63,971 nt of DNA, filler included, from Octopus bimaculoides (GCF_001194135.2; 6 parts of 6 records of this genome joined end to end with filler, not necessarily neighbours in it), one strand, 5' to 3'; numbered from the whole stretch's first letter, positions 1 to 12,639 are shown. Numbers and translations are program-made. The notes: generated by a model from the letters alone, not told the origin.

Positions 1-443
1 TATATTTGTATGTATGTAACTGTATAGGTGCATATATATGTATTTATATGTTTGTATATGTATGTATGTTTGTGTGTGTAAGTACATGTGTGTATATTTG
101 TATGTATTTTTGTGTGTGCATAGATATATATATTTATGAATGTACTTCCATATGTGTGTACGTATACTTACGCACGCACACACATATATATATTATGCAG
201 TAGATATAAACAACTAGTCATTTCTATACAGAATTTGGATTCATTTCTGAAAAACGATAAAATTAAACACAAAAATGGCACTCAAACTGTCATTCCATTA
301 TTCTTACATTTCCAGTTCTCCTTTTATAAACAACATTATTTAACCAAACACCAACAGTTATCACCTAGCAATAACCACACCTAAGATAACCCTCATTGGA
401 TATTAATACACAATAATTAATTCCATAATGGTTCAATTTTCAT

Positions 444-672
444 TTGACCCTTTAGCATTTAAACAGGCCATATCCAGCCAAAGTATTCTACCTGTTTTAT
501 CTTCAAACTGGCCAGTTCTTTTTCTATCACACTTACCTAACAACATTATTCTAAAAATGAACAATCATATCATTGAAATCTGGAAGCTACAACGTAAAGC
601 ATGACTAATTCAAATCAGTGTTAATAGATAAACGTTACATTTGACAGAGAAATCTGCAAGCTAAAAGGTTAA
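444..672 (+). mobile_element. piggyBac-like MITE (TTAA-CCCTTTAGCATT...GCTAAAGGG-TTAA type), degenerate
   Basis: Ends resemble TTAA-CCCT / AGGG-TTAA. A second copy lies at 1654-1871. Confidence 0.65.
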
Positions 673-825
673 AGAAGTGATGTCATTTTTTTCTGAAAAA
701 TTACAATTATTAAAATATTCGCAACAGCTTGTTTGTGCAAATGCTGTCAACTAAAAGCTTCACATAGGGAACATCGATAAGTTTCAGGGGTCATCAAGAA
801 AGAATATTTGCTGTTTCAGGGCTCT

Positions 826-1620
826 TAATGAATTTATGATGCACCAGCCTGACCCCTTCCTCTGAATGGATTTATGATGCACCAGCCCCACCCCTTTCTT
901 TCAATGGATTTGTGATGCACCAGCCCCGCCCTTTCTTTCAATGGATTTGTGATGCACCAGCCCCGCCCTTTCCTATCAATGGATTTGTGATGCATCAGCC
1001 TGACCCCTTCCTCTCAATGGATTTGTGATGCATGAGCCTGACTCCTTCTGAATGGATTTATGATGCACCAGCCCCAGCCCTTCTTTTCAATGGATTTGTG
1101 ATGCATCAGCCCCACCCCTTCCTATCAATGGATTTGTGATGCATCAGCCTGACCCCTTCCTTTCAATGGATTTGTGATGCACCAGCTCCGCCCTTTCCTC
1201 TCAATGGATTTGTGATGCATCAGTCCTGCCCCTTCCTTTCAATGGATTTGTGATGCATCAGCCCTCCCCTTCATCTCAATGAATATATGAATATATGATG
1301 CATTAGCCCCACCTCTTCCTCAATGAATTTATGATGCACCAGCCCCACCCCTTCCTCTCATTGGATTTATGATGCACCAGCCCCACCCCTTCTTTTCAAT
1401 GGATTTATGATGCATCAGCCTGACTCCTTCTGAATGGATTTGTGATGCACCAGCCCCCACCCTTTCCTCTCAATGGATTTGTGATCCATCAGCCCTCCCC
1501 TTTGTCTCAATGAACATATGATGCATTAGCCCCACCCCTTCCTCAATGAATTTATGATACATTAGCTCTGCCCCTTCATCTCAGTGAATTTATGATGCAT
1601 CAGCCCCGCCCCCTTGTTGA
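826..1620. repeat. Minisatellite, about 20 imperfect copies of a 36-39 bp unit (AATGGATTTGTGATGCACCAGCCCCACCCTTCCTCTC)
   Basis: Tandem units read directly. Unit length varies and is not a constant multiple of 3; no unique spacers. Confidence 0.95.
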
Positions 1621-1653
1621 TGAAGCCCCACCTACTGGATCAACTTGCTAGTA

Positions 1654-1871
1654 TTTACCCCTTTAGCATTTAAAGTGGCCACATGCTGCCAAAATACTCT
1701 ATTTGATGTTCAAACTGGTCAAATGCAGTTTCTTATATCTTCCTTACAATGTCATACTAAAAGTAAATAATTCTATAATCAAAATCTCAACGATAAAGCA
1801 TGGTTAATTGAAAGCAATTTGAATAAATAAGCATTACATTTGGCAAACTAATCTGAAAGCTTGAGGGTTAA
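1654..1871 (+). mobile_element. piggyBac-like MITE, same family as 444-672
   Basis: CCCTTTAGCATTTAAA start, GAGGGTTAA end, internal similarity to 444-672. Confidence 0.65.
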
Positions 1872-3087
1872 CCATTGATATTCAATCTTAAGTCCTTCAT
1901 CTCAGGATCAGCCTCACCATTTAAATTGTGGAGTCATACATGTAACTTACCATACAGGCAAACAGTTACTTGCCTCACAACTATACATCACTCCTCTAAG
2001 TGGGATTTTTTTAGGATAAGATTAAGTACATTCCTCTGGATGAACAAGGGTACTATACTAGTAGGATTGATAATTCCCATAGAAAGGGGAATGGTAATAA
2101 GAGTCATTCTAACCCTGTTATTCTACTTACAAGAAATGGAAATAACACACATTGTAAACTAATAATTAATAACTAATATATTAGTACTAAATCAGGTGAT
2201 TCTAATTAATAGCCATAAACACATAAAGAGAAGCAGAAAAATTAATAAACCCAAACGTTTGGATAAAGATCAACAAGTAGCAGGTAACCAAACAGAACCT
2301 AGTTAGCTAATACAGTTGTCACTGAGAACAAATAATATAATAGCAAATAGATTAAAATCTACAGTCCAATACAGGGAAAAACTGAATATTAATTACTTGT
2401 AGAGACACCATATTTTATTATGCAACCATAATATACTACAAAGTAAATTAAACGCTTTATAAGTCAATACTGTATCCTACTGTGTTAGCAATGCTATTAA
2501 ATCACACGTTAAGATTATCTCTACAGATTTCCTGTAGAAGTTATAGCCAGCAGTGATTTGTTATGGTGTTTCGTATCCAAACACGTAACAAATCAGTGCT
2601 GGCTATAATTTCTATAGATAATCTTTAGAGATAACCTCGAAAAGTGATAGCTGATATAAAAATAAAAATATGGGAAATACTGATATTCCTTGTAGACACA
2701 ACACTCTAAAAAGCATAAGCAACCAGAAATCTAAACTAGACATTAAAAGAATAACTTATCAAACCTCTACTAGTCCCAATTCCACATTCATTAACTCACC
2801 CAAACCTGTAAAAAAAACTTAGATATAACAAATTCTCTAAATCAGACACCTTCAGATGAAGTGAACCGTAAGAAATGTAACTTGGTATAATGATTCTTAT
2901 GGGGAAAAAAAAAACATTGTTACTAACATCCCTAAATCATTTTTTAATAGTCTACATAAAAACTTTAAGTCTAGCAATAGATATCATATCATCTTCAACA
3001 GGTGCATGGTAATGTTCTGCAAAGTTCGATGTTGTAGAGAATCTACGACATTGAACTTTGCAGAGCGTCACAAAAATTAACAGACGT

Positions 3088-3695
3088 AGGAGTGGCTGTG
3101 TGGTAAGTTGCTTGCTTACCAACCACATGGTTCTGGGTTCAGTCCCATTGCGTGGCACCTTGGGCAAGTGTCTTCNNNNNNNNNNNNNNNNNNNNNNNNN
3201 NNNNNNNNNNNNNNNNNNNNNNNNNNNNNNNNNNNNNNNNNNNNNNNNNNNNNNNNNNNNNNNNNNNNNNNNNNNNNNNNNNNNNNNNNNNNNNNNNNNN
3301 NNNNNNNNNNNNNNNNNNNNNNNNNNNNNNNNNNNNNNNNNNNNNNNNNNNNNNNNNNNNNNNNNNNNNNNNNNNNNNNNNNNNNNNNNNNNNNNNNNNN
3401 NNNNNNNNNNNNNNNNNNNNNNNNNNNNNNNNNNNNNNNNNNNNNNTATATATATATATATATTTTATGTATGTATGTGTATATGTTTGTGTCTGTGTTT
3501 GTCCCTCCAGCGTTGCTTGACAGCCGGTGTTGGTGTGTTTGCATCCCCATAACTTAGCAGTTCAGCAAACGAGACCAATAGAATAAATACTAGGCTTACA
3601 AAAGAATAAGTCCTGGGATCGACTTGCTCGACCAAAGGCGGTGCTCCAGCATGGCCACAGTCAAATGACTGAAACAAGTAAAAGAGTAAAAGAGA
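3088..3695 (+). mobile_element. tRNA-derived SINE family A (GGAGTGGCTGTGTGGTAAG... to ...GAAACAAGTAAAAGAG), internal microsatellite collapsed into an N-gap
   Basis: A/B-box-like head (GGTTCAGTCCC). More than 15 whole or partial copies in the window, e.g. 5990-6205, 9830-10215, 10535-10955, 17010-17165, 21150-21530, 24630-24850, 25655-25810, 28830-29410, 37520-38370, 38395-38565, 42530-42890, 45890-46200, 47860-48352, 48755-48990. Confidence 0.9.
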
Positions 3696-4474
3696 TACAT
3701 CAAGGAAAAGTTCTGTACTCAATGTGACACAATCTCTCTCTTATACAGGTAGTACTACAAACCCTAATTTAAATGAAAGACTTAATGCTCACCAAATGGC
3801 AGAATATCCTAGAGTTAATTTCTGGAACAGGAACAGAGAAGTAAATCTGTAAACATCATCCATCGAGCTACTACTAATAATAATAATAATCCTAACAGTA
3901 GGCATCGTAACACGCGCCATTGTATAAACGGTGAAACTACTAATTTGAATATTAATAACAACGATCACACCAATATAGAAGCAACACCACACTCTCCCAT
4001 ATAGATAAATTTTAAATAACTAACTGGCAGATAAACAGCCCTGTAATATTTTATGTATGCCCAAATAATATATATACACACTCTAATGCTCACAGTGGAA
4101 CCATTAACACACGGGGTGAAAGAATACAATTAGCAATGCAAAAATTCAACTAATTCAAATCCCCATAAATTTTCATATAATAACTCACACACCTGTAACT
4201 GTCGAATAGCCACTAGTCATCCTTTTCAAAGTAGGTGCCCATTAAGCAATGTAATTTATAAATGTAATGTAATAACGCTTGATAACAATAGATATTACAT
4301 TGGTTTTATATCAGATGCATTTAAATGCCACTAAACCATGCGTTGACATACTTTTAATAATAAAAGATTATTCAAGGCAATTACACTGGCAGAATATATG
4401 TATATGGTATTCAAAATCAAAAGGTATGAACAGCTCATGGATATTAATATATGATCGAGAATTTTGTAAGGCAG

Positions 4475-4670
4475 TGAGCTGACAGAAACATTAGCACGCT
4501 GGGTCAAATGCTTAGAGGTATTTTGTCTGTCTTTATGTTCTGTGTTCAAATTCTGCCAAGGTTGACTTTGCCTTTCATCCTTTTGGGGTCAGTAAATTAA
4601 GTACCAGTTGCATATTGGGGTCGATCTAATCAACTGGTCCCCTCCTCAAAAATTTCAGGCCTTGTGCCTA
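4475..4670 (+). mobile_element. tRNA-derived SINE family B (GAGCTGGCAGAATCGTTAGC...GTCGACTTTGCCTTTCATCC)
   Basis: Recurrent copies at 6420-6640(-), 6670-6800(+), 25815-26040(+), 38060-38280(-), 58215-58320(-), 59290-59480(-). Confidence 0.85.
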
Positions 4671-4679
4671 GAGCAGAAA

Positions 4680-4960
4680 AGTTGCATTGCAAAACCTGCA
4701 AGTACTGCTTTTCGTTTGATGGAACCACCAACAGAATCACATGCATTTAAAATGCCAATTAGCAGTTTATTCAAGCTCATGTAGGTGATGACAAAAATTT
4801 GCTGTCTAGCACATTCATCATTAAAGTAAACCACTTTGGTGATGATGGAATGTAGCTGTTTCAGGAAATCCAAAGCTGCCTTTTGGAAACAATAAACTGA
4901 AAGTGTGTTATGAGTCATGTGGTCACTGATGCAAACGCTGGAAAAATTATCCATCCATCA
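4680..4960 (-). mobile_element. Decayed DNA-transposon transposase fragment (VVYFNDECA...CDSVGGSIKR; resembles the YFSDGCxxQ...CDGVGGTVKR type, superfamily uncertain, possibly Sola-like)
   Basis: ORF 4655-4954(-) retains two catalytic-Asp neighbourhoods, with a deletion between them. Confidence 0.6.
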
Positions 4961-5881
4961 TTATTAAAATATAAAACCATTGTTCTTAAAATATTACTTT
5001 CAGAAAAAGAAATTGCACTTTTATTCTTTACAAACAACCAAATGATCCAGTGATCCATCACTAGGGTTTTTACTTAATCATACATAAAACTAATGTGTAT
5101 TTGGTTTCACGATGTAATTTTAAACACCGCCCCACCAATTTTAGAGTTAGTTTTTTGGTTTTTTTTTAGAAGAAAATTACTCTTAAGAATTGAAATCCAT
5201 GTTCTGTTGATATTGTTTCAAAAACATGTTTTGTAAAAATAAATAAATAAATAAAAGTTCTGTATTGGATTTTCAAGAGTTAAAAATTGTGGAGTTGACT
5301 CTTAAGCCACCATTCAATGGTTAATCATTTCACTACAAGATATTTGCAATATCTGAATTTTGGTAGTTTAATAAACATTTGTTTCTATTTTCAGAATGTA
5401 ATTAGCTCAATTAACTGAAATTGTTTTATTGTTTTACAGAATGCCAAAATCCCCCAAAATCACACATTTAGAAATTTATTTTCATTTTAGGATCCATCCC
5501 CACCCTGGAAAAGAACTAAGACATCTATAGAATCCCATTATTATTTATTCATAATGTATTCTTGTGCTTTCTGGGAGTAGGTTGGATATACAAAGTTTCA
5601 ATGCTTGAAAATCTTTCAATCTTGAGATATTAGAGGTTAAGTATGGTTCCAAATTTAGCAAAATCCTCAAATTTGACTCACACTTCTTTGAATAACCATA
5701 AAATCAGAACCATACATAGTTAGAAACTGAAATGTTCAGAATCGACTACATATAAGGATTACTTCTCTTAGAAAGAATTTCAAGCAGTTTGAAAGACATC
5801 ATCTTTCAAGCTTGGAGTCATTAGACCGACATTTCAGTCTTTCGACCTTCTTCAGTTGGTGAATTCTGTCAATAGTCCATC

Positions 5882-5923
<42 letters not shown>

Positions 5924-5960
5924 NNNNNNNNNNNNNNNNNNNNNNNNNNATATAAATATA

Positions 5961-5995
<35 letters not shown>

Positions 5996-7149
5996 GTGTG
6001 TATATGTTTGTGTGTCTGTTTGTCCCCCAGCATTGCTTGACAACCAATGCTGGTGTGTTTGCATCCCCGTAACTTAGCGGTTTGGCAAAAGACACCTATA
6101 GAATAAGTACTAGGCTTACAAAGAATAATCTTTGGGGTCAATTTGCTCGACTATAAAAGTGGTGCTCCAGCATGCCCCCAGTCAAATGACAGAAACAAGT
6201 AAAAGAGAAAAAAAAAGAGTAAATAAGCACACACTCTCTTTCCTCTTCTCCCCTCTCTCCCCACCTCTCTCTCTCACACACGAGTTAAAGTTGAATTTTT
6301 GGTATACTCTTAATTTGCCATACCATCTGATGATTGCAGCATGGTTAAAAACTTGGAGTAATGGAAAAGTAACCTAATTTACCTATAAAATTACTGTACT
6401 TAATATATTTGGTAGTCTTTATGTCTTAATATCAGTTTTAAATTTTGGCACAAGGCCAGCAATTTCGGGGAAAGCTTAAGTCGATCTCATTGGCCCCAGT
6501 GCTCAACTGGTACTTATTTTATCAAGCCCAAAAGGACGAAAAGCAATGTCAAGCTCAGCGAAATTTGAACTCAGAATGTAAAGGCAGACAAAATGCCACA
6601 AAGCCTTTCTGCCCGGCGTGCTAACGATTCTGCCAGCCCGGCACCTTTCTCTCTACCTTGTTGTAAGGTGACAAGCTGGCAGAATCATTAGCAGACAGGA
6701 CAAAATGCTTAGAGGTATTTTGTCTATCTTTATGTTCTGAGTTTGAATTCCACCGAGGTCGACTTTGCCTTTCACCCCTTCGGAGTTCGATAAATACTCA
6801 GGTTGAAATTACTGATGCTGTACCAAAATTTGAAACCAATGTTATGTTGTTTTGTATTGCCGTAGATACCATGTTTGATGACATAAAAGACACATGGCAA
6901 CATTATCCACAGTTCAATGTCAGCAGTACATATTCAGGAAAAGAAATTTTTGTACATTAAAGCATGTAACATAGGCTCAACTTCGCATATAGAATCTGAG
7001 ATGATTTTTTCTCAGTCATTTTATTTTTTTTTAAATAGTGTCTTATATACCATCAAATACCGTGTGCATATGTGTATGTGGTTTTGCAAGCGTGTATGTG
7101 TATGCTTATACCTATTTTGTAAATTTTTTCTTTTTTTATTTTCCTGCAG

Positions 7150-7176
7150 GTCCTAACATTACTTGGTCATCCTAAG
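7150..7176 (+). CDS. Candidate 27-nt micro-exon of an unidentified gene (phase 0: VLTLLGHPK)
   Basis: Long polypyrimidine tract ending TTTTCCTGCAG| and consensus donor AAG|GTAAGT. Only one of the three frames is free of stops. Confidence 0.5.
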
Positions 7177-7333
7177 GTAAGTTAAACTCTGTCAACTAAT
7201 TTTAAAGAGTTTTATTACAATGTTGGATGGTATGATTCTCTATCATTTTGCTGCATTTCTCATAATACTTCTTATTTCTTCTCTTGCTTTACCAATCTTT
7301 CTTTAATTACCTCGGCGTGTATCTGTGTGTGTA

Positions 7334-7369
<36 letters not shown>

Positions 7370-7562
7370 CATGCCTTTACAAGAACAAGTCGCTTTCAAT
7401 GGTGAAATTGTTCAACTTACTAATACATCGCTTGATAAAGAGAAGTTGCTATAATTTCATGTAGGAATTATTGTTATAGGTAAATATTTCAGCTAATTAA
7501 ATTAAGACAAAGATATATGTATGCATGCATGCATGTTTGTATGTACATATACATACATACAT

Positions 7563-8500
7563 ACAGTGAACAACATTGTACGAGTTGGCAGTGAGTTCTT
7601 CAAGAAGCACTCTCTTCCTGATGATCTCCTATACAGCCCCAAAAAACTGGGCTCTCTTACCTCAGAGAAGACCTGGATGGAAAGCACTCAGCATACAAAA
7701 AAAAAAAGGACCATGCATGGGTATGTTGCCCGGAAGCTTGAAGAAGTTAGAATTGACACGAAGCACAGCCTCTCTTAGATACAAAACCACTACATCACAT
7801 CACTGTTTGAAGGCTATGTGTTTGCAATCCAGGAACCGGAGATAGCCACAAAGTACCTAGTGACGCCCTTGTAATCTCAAGGTGCAACCGCATGTGTAGG
7901 ATATGCCATATTTCTGTAGAAGACATCAGGCATGTGATTAGCAGCTGTCGTAAAATGTCGTCACGGTACTACCTCCCTATGCGACACGATGTTGTTGCTA
8001 AAACAATTTACAATGCCGTCCGCAAAAAAGACTGCCCTGAAATAAACTTAGAAAATCCTTCTGTTATGGAATGCATTCATAACCACTAACTCAAGGAATA
8101 CTGGTGGAACATTCCCATCAAAACTTCTGTCAGATGTAAACATAACAGGCCAGATATTGTTGTTTGGAACAAAAGGGCAAAGGTATGTACCATCATAGAG
8201 TTCAGCTGTCCTGCAAATATAAATATCTCTTTGAAAACCAAGGAAAAGGGGGATATCTATAGACAACTGCTTCAAAACCTCCCTCTTCTATATCCAGACT
8301 ATGAATTCATATTCATACTAATAACAAAACTAGGTTTCGTTAATAAATGCTTAAAGGAGAATCTGGATAAATTGGGATTTTCTGAAAGAGAAATCAACCG
8401 GCTGACTTGTACATTACAAGTGCAATCTGCAAGTGGAACAGTAAAAACTTTTCTCAAGTTCCAAATGTGAATTTGTCTGTGTTAACTACATCCCAAAGAT
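7563..8500 (+). mobile_element. 5'-truncated non-LTR retrotransposon with restriction-like endonuclease (R2 superfamily; R4/Dong- or NeSL/HERO-like), frameshifted
   Basis: CCHC finger CRICH...DIRHVISSC, the RHD motif, then (read across a stop) RPDIVVW...IIEFSCP PD-(D/E)xK core, ending TFLKFQM*. Spread over ORFs 7521-7778, 7892-8089 and 8231-8470. Confidence 0.88.
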
Positions 8501-8510
8501 GGAACAGTGG

Positions 8511-8952
8511 GTAATCTTCCAGTTTAGGGAGGTAAAAAAAAGTATATAAAAATACAAGGGAAATAACTTAACGTCTTATCCGCACTACTCTGGAATGTTT
8601 TTTTTTTTTTTTTAGCAGTTTATAAATAAATCACACACGTAATTGAAGTTAACTGTTTATATATAAATCACACACGTGATTGAATATCATAGTACCGGCT
8701 GCACAACAGCTTATGATAACCTTCCAGTATAGGGAAATAATGGTCAAACTAAAGCGTTTGACCCGGTGTCAAAAATGAAAAACAAATTAGTGTAATAGGT
8801 GTAAAACAACTTGCTGTGAATGAATATGAAGAAAAAAATGCGCGCTCGCGAACGGGTGAGGTGGGGAGAGTACGGATAATACTAGTAAGACGTTAAGTTA
8901 TTTCCCTTGTACTTTTATTTACTTTTTTAACCTCCCTAAACTGGAAGATTAC
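8511..8952. mobile_element. MITE with about 65-80 bp terminal inverted repeats (GTAATCTTCCAGTTTAGGGAGG...)
   Basis: The left arm and the reverse complement of the right arm align through AAGGGAAATAACTTAACGTCTTA. Confidence 0.8.
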
Positions 8953-9329
8953 ACATACATACATACATACATACATACATACATACATACATACATACAT
9001 ACATACATACATACATACAAACAAACAAACAAACAAACAAACAAACAAACATGAAAATCGTGTTTTTATATGCATAAAAGCAATATACATTGACTGTCAA
9101 CAACAAAATCTTTAGCTGTGGACTGTTTAAGATTTATTATAAATTTTACCAACAGCAACCTCGAAGTTTCGCTGGTTGATCGTGGCTTGGTGAATCTTTA
9201 CTGTTCCAACAAACAAAACTTTGACATCACTTTCAATAAAAGTTTCTGTCTGTCTGTGTATGTCCTCAATCAGAATGAAATAGTGTTTATAAATATGCAT
9301 GCACACACACACACATGCGTGCGTGGTGG

Positions 9330-9623
9330 ATTTCCCTGTCATAGACGACGTATGAGGGTTCCGCAATTTCTTACCGAACGGCCTGCCCAAATGATTCGTT
9401 TATTAGTGATCAAATGCTTAGTGTGGCACATTAGCTCCCTCCCTCCATCGAATCAGCATTGCCTGTACAAGTGCGCAATGTGCCACGCATCAGATGCCGA
9501 AGTGATCGCAGAGCAACCTGAAATAGAAGTTTTTCGCCCAAGAACACAACTCCCAGCCCGGTCAGTGAATCGAAACCACAATCTCGCGATCGTGAGTAAC
9601 ACCAAAAGCACTAGGCCACGCAT

Positions 9624-9625
<2 letters not shown>
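9330..9625 (-). mobile_element. tRNA-derived SINE (GGTTTCGATTC B-box), related to 54362-54575
   Basis: Minus strand reads CACGATCGCGAGATTGTGGTTTCGATTCACTGACCGGG..., CpG-rich. Confidence 0.7.
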
Positions 9626-9676
<51 letters not shown>

Positions 9677-9720
9677 NNNNNNNNNNNNNNNNNNNNNNNN
9701 NNNNNNNNNNNNNNNNNNNN

Positions 9721-9732
9721 TTAATTAATTAA
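9721..9732. other. Assembly gap spacer TTAATTAATTAA (also 27114-27125, 36947-36958, 57341-57352, 62154-62165)
   Basis: Identical 12-mer embedded in the middle of N-runs five times; it has stops in all six frames. Artificial. Confidence 0.95.
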
Positions 9733-10749
9733 NNNNNNNNNNNNNNNNNNNNNNNNNNNNNNNNNNNNNNNNNNNNATATATATATACATACACATATGT
9801 ATATACATATATATATACACATACATATATGTATATATTTGTGTGTTTGCGTCTGTGATTGTCCCTCCACCATCACTTGACAACTGACGTTGGTATGTTT
9901 ACATACCTGTAATTTAGTGGTGTGGCAAAAAAGCTGGTGGAATAAGTATTAGGCTTACAAAGAATAAGACCTGGGGCTGATTTCTTCAATTAAAAACCCT
10001 TTAAAGAGGTGCTCCAGTATGGCCGCAGTTAAATGATTGAAACAAGTAAAAGAATAAAAGAATATACAATTGGTTTCTTTCAGTTTCCGTCAACCATATC
10101 CACTCACAAAGCTTTGGTTAGCCTGTGACCATAGTAGAACACACTTGTCCAAGGTGCCATGCAGTGGTACTGAACACGGAACCATGTGGTTCAGAAGCAA
10201 GCTTCTTACCACATAGGTACATCAATAAAAATAATATAACAAAAGGAGAGAGGATATCAGGTTTTTATTGTAGAATACAACATTTGTATCTGCACATATA
10301 CCAGCTTTAAGTTGCTGAGTTTATATTTCATATATAATAACATTACTGCCACCACCATCATCATCATCACCATCTTAAATCTATTGTCCTCTTTTCCATA
10401 CTCTCATGGGTTGGACAGGTCTGATTCAGCACAGTCTCTCTCTCTCTCAACCTGTTATGGTACTTGCAAGGCCTCCATTAAGAGGCAGTATATCCTGAGA
10501 TTAAATATATGTTCAATTGTGTGTGTGTATATATTCTTTTATTCTTTTACTTGTTTCAGTAATTTGACTATGGTCATGCTGGGCACCACCTTTAGTCAAA
10601 CAAATCAACCCCAGGAATTATACTTATTTTATCAGTCTCTTTTACTGAACCACTAACTTACAGGGATGTAAACACACCAGCATCAATTGCCAAGCAATGG
10701 TGCAGGGACAACCACTCACACAAATACAAACATACATACACACACACAT

Positions 10750-10801
<52 letters not shown>

Positions 10802-11039
10802 GACAGGCTTCTTTCAGTTTCCATATACCAAATCCACTCACAAGGCTTTGGTGGGCCTGAGGCTATAAAAGTCACTTGTTCAAGGCGTCATGCAGTGGGA
10901 CTGAATCTGGAACCATGTGGTTGGGAAGCAAGCTTCCTACCACACAGCCACTCCTGCAACAATATATATACATTACATATAACCATACTTATATAGATAT
11001 GCATGTAAGTACAGTATGTATGCATAAATATCATCATTA

Positions 11040-12130
11040 TCATCATTGTTGGCATGTTTTAGACAGTTTGACTGGGCTGGCATGGGGGAAGGCTGCACCA
11101 GGATCCAATCTGATTTGGCATAGTTTTCTATGACTGGATGCCCTTCCTAATGCCAACCACTCCAAGAGTGTAATGGATGCTTTTACCTGTCACCAGCATG
11201 GGTGCCATTTGCCTGACACGGGATCTGCCATGACTACGATTTTGCACAGCTTGATGGGTCTTCTTCTCAAGCACGACATAATGCCATAGGTCTTGATTAT
11301 TGCCTCCGTGAGGCCCAACACTTGAAAGGAGCTTAGCCACTTTGCCTCCGTGAGGCCCAACGCTCAAAAGGATCTCAGCCACCTCACCTTCATGAGGCCC
11401 GACACTTAAAAGGAACTCATCTACTTCTCCATGAGGCCCAATACTCGAGAGGAACTCAGTCACTTTGCCTCCATGAGGCCCAATGCTCAAGCGCTGATTT
11501 TTTTATGTGTCACCTGCATGGGTGCACTTGGCTTGACGGCTCTTCTTAAGCAGATCACATCACCAAAAGTCTTGGTCACTAGTCATTGCCTCTGTGAGGC
11601 CCAAAGTTAGAAGGTCATGCTTCACCACTTCGTCCCATGTCTTCCTGGGTCTACCTCTACCACAGGTTCCCTCCACAGTTAGAGATCACTACTTCTTTAC
11701 ACAACTATCCTCGTCCATATGCATCACATGACCATACCAGTGCAGTTGTCTCTCTTGCACACCACATCTGATTCCTCTTATGCCTAACTTTTCTCTCAAG
11801 ATGCTTACACTCTGTCGAACATATACACACTGACATTGCACATCCAGTGAAGCATACTGGCTTCATTTCTTTCAAGCCTACACATGTCCTCAACTGTCAC
11901 AGCCCATGTTTCACTGCCATGCAGCATAGTTGTTTGCACACAGGCATCAAACAATCTACCTTTCACTCTGAGGGAGAGGCCCTTTGTTGTGAGCAGGGTA
12001 GGAATTCTCCAAACTTTGCCCAGCCTAATCTTATTCTCACAGCTGCGCTCTTGGAACAACCACCTCCACTACTAGCTTGGTCACCTAGATACCGGAAGCT
12101 ATCTACTACCTCTAGCTAGCCCCCCTGGTG
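11040..12130 (-). mobile_element. RTE-clade LINE 3' part (RT C-terminus, 3' UTR with about 40 bp tandem units, (GAT)n-type tail)
   Basis: LTTKGLSLRVKGRLFDACVQTTMLHGSETWAVTVEDMCRLERNEASML is typical of RTE. Other pieces at 20450-20880(+), 27170-27390(+), 28410-28580(-), 30190-30335(-). Confidence 0.9.
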
Positions 12131-12639
12131 GTTGATGGATTCTATTTTCTGCACATGTTCAGCATTTATGCCTGTGCACCTTTAACATACAAAGGTTAGT
12201 TTCTCTATTAATCTTCCTTTGATGTTGCTGCACCTTTTGTGTGTCCAAAGCTTATACTGGATGCATCTTATATATATATATATATATATATATAAATGCA
12301 CATGTTAATAATGGTAAAATATAAATTCAAATTAGCACTATTAGTTTATAAGTATCATAACTATCTTTCAGAGTATATGCCATTAAAGCATACTTTGAAA
12401 AATGCAGAGGTCATAGAACTGGCAATGGTCATAGAATTGTAGAGTGGCACAAGCTGTTGGCTTTTGAATATTGCGATTCATGTATTCACTTGATGAAAAC
12501 GGTTATTTCTAATGATGTAATGTCTCCACTAATCAATTAAAAATTAATTGGCAACAGCTGTAATGGATTAACACATTATCCACTTGTTGTTATTTGTGTG
12601 TGAGTATATATATATATATATATGTATATATATTTATAT

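Noticed and set aside
826-1620. CRISPR-like array or coding repeat
   Set aside because: There are no unique spacers, the units are contiguous and 36-39 bp long, frames break, and the context is eukaryotic.
3088-3175. tRNA genes
   Set aside because: The tRNA-like heads belong to SINEs: no complete cloverleaf, and they continue into SINE bodies.
9721-9732. Recurrent TTAATTAATTAA motif
   Set aside because: Always centred in N-runs; an assembly spacer, not biology.
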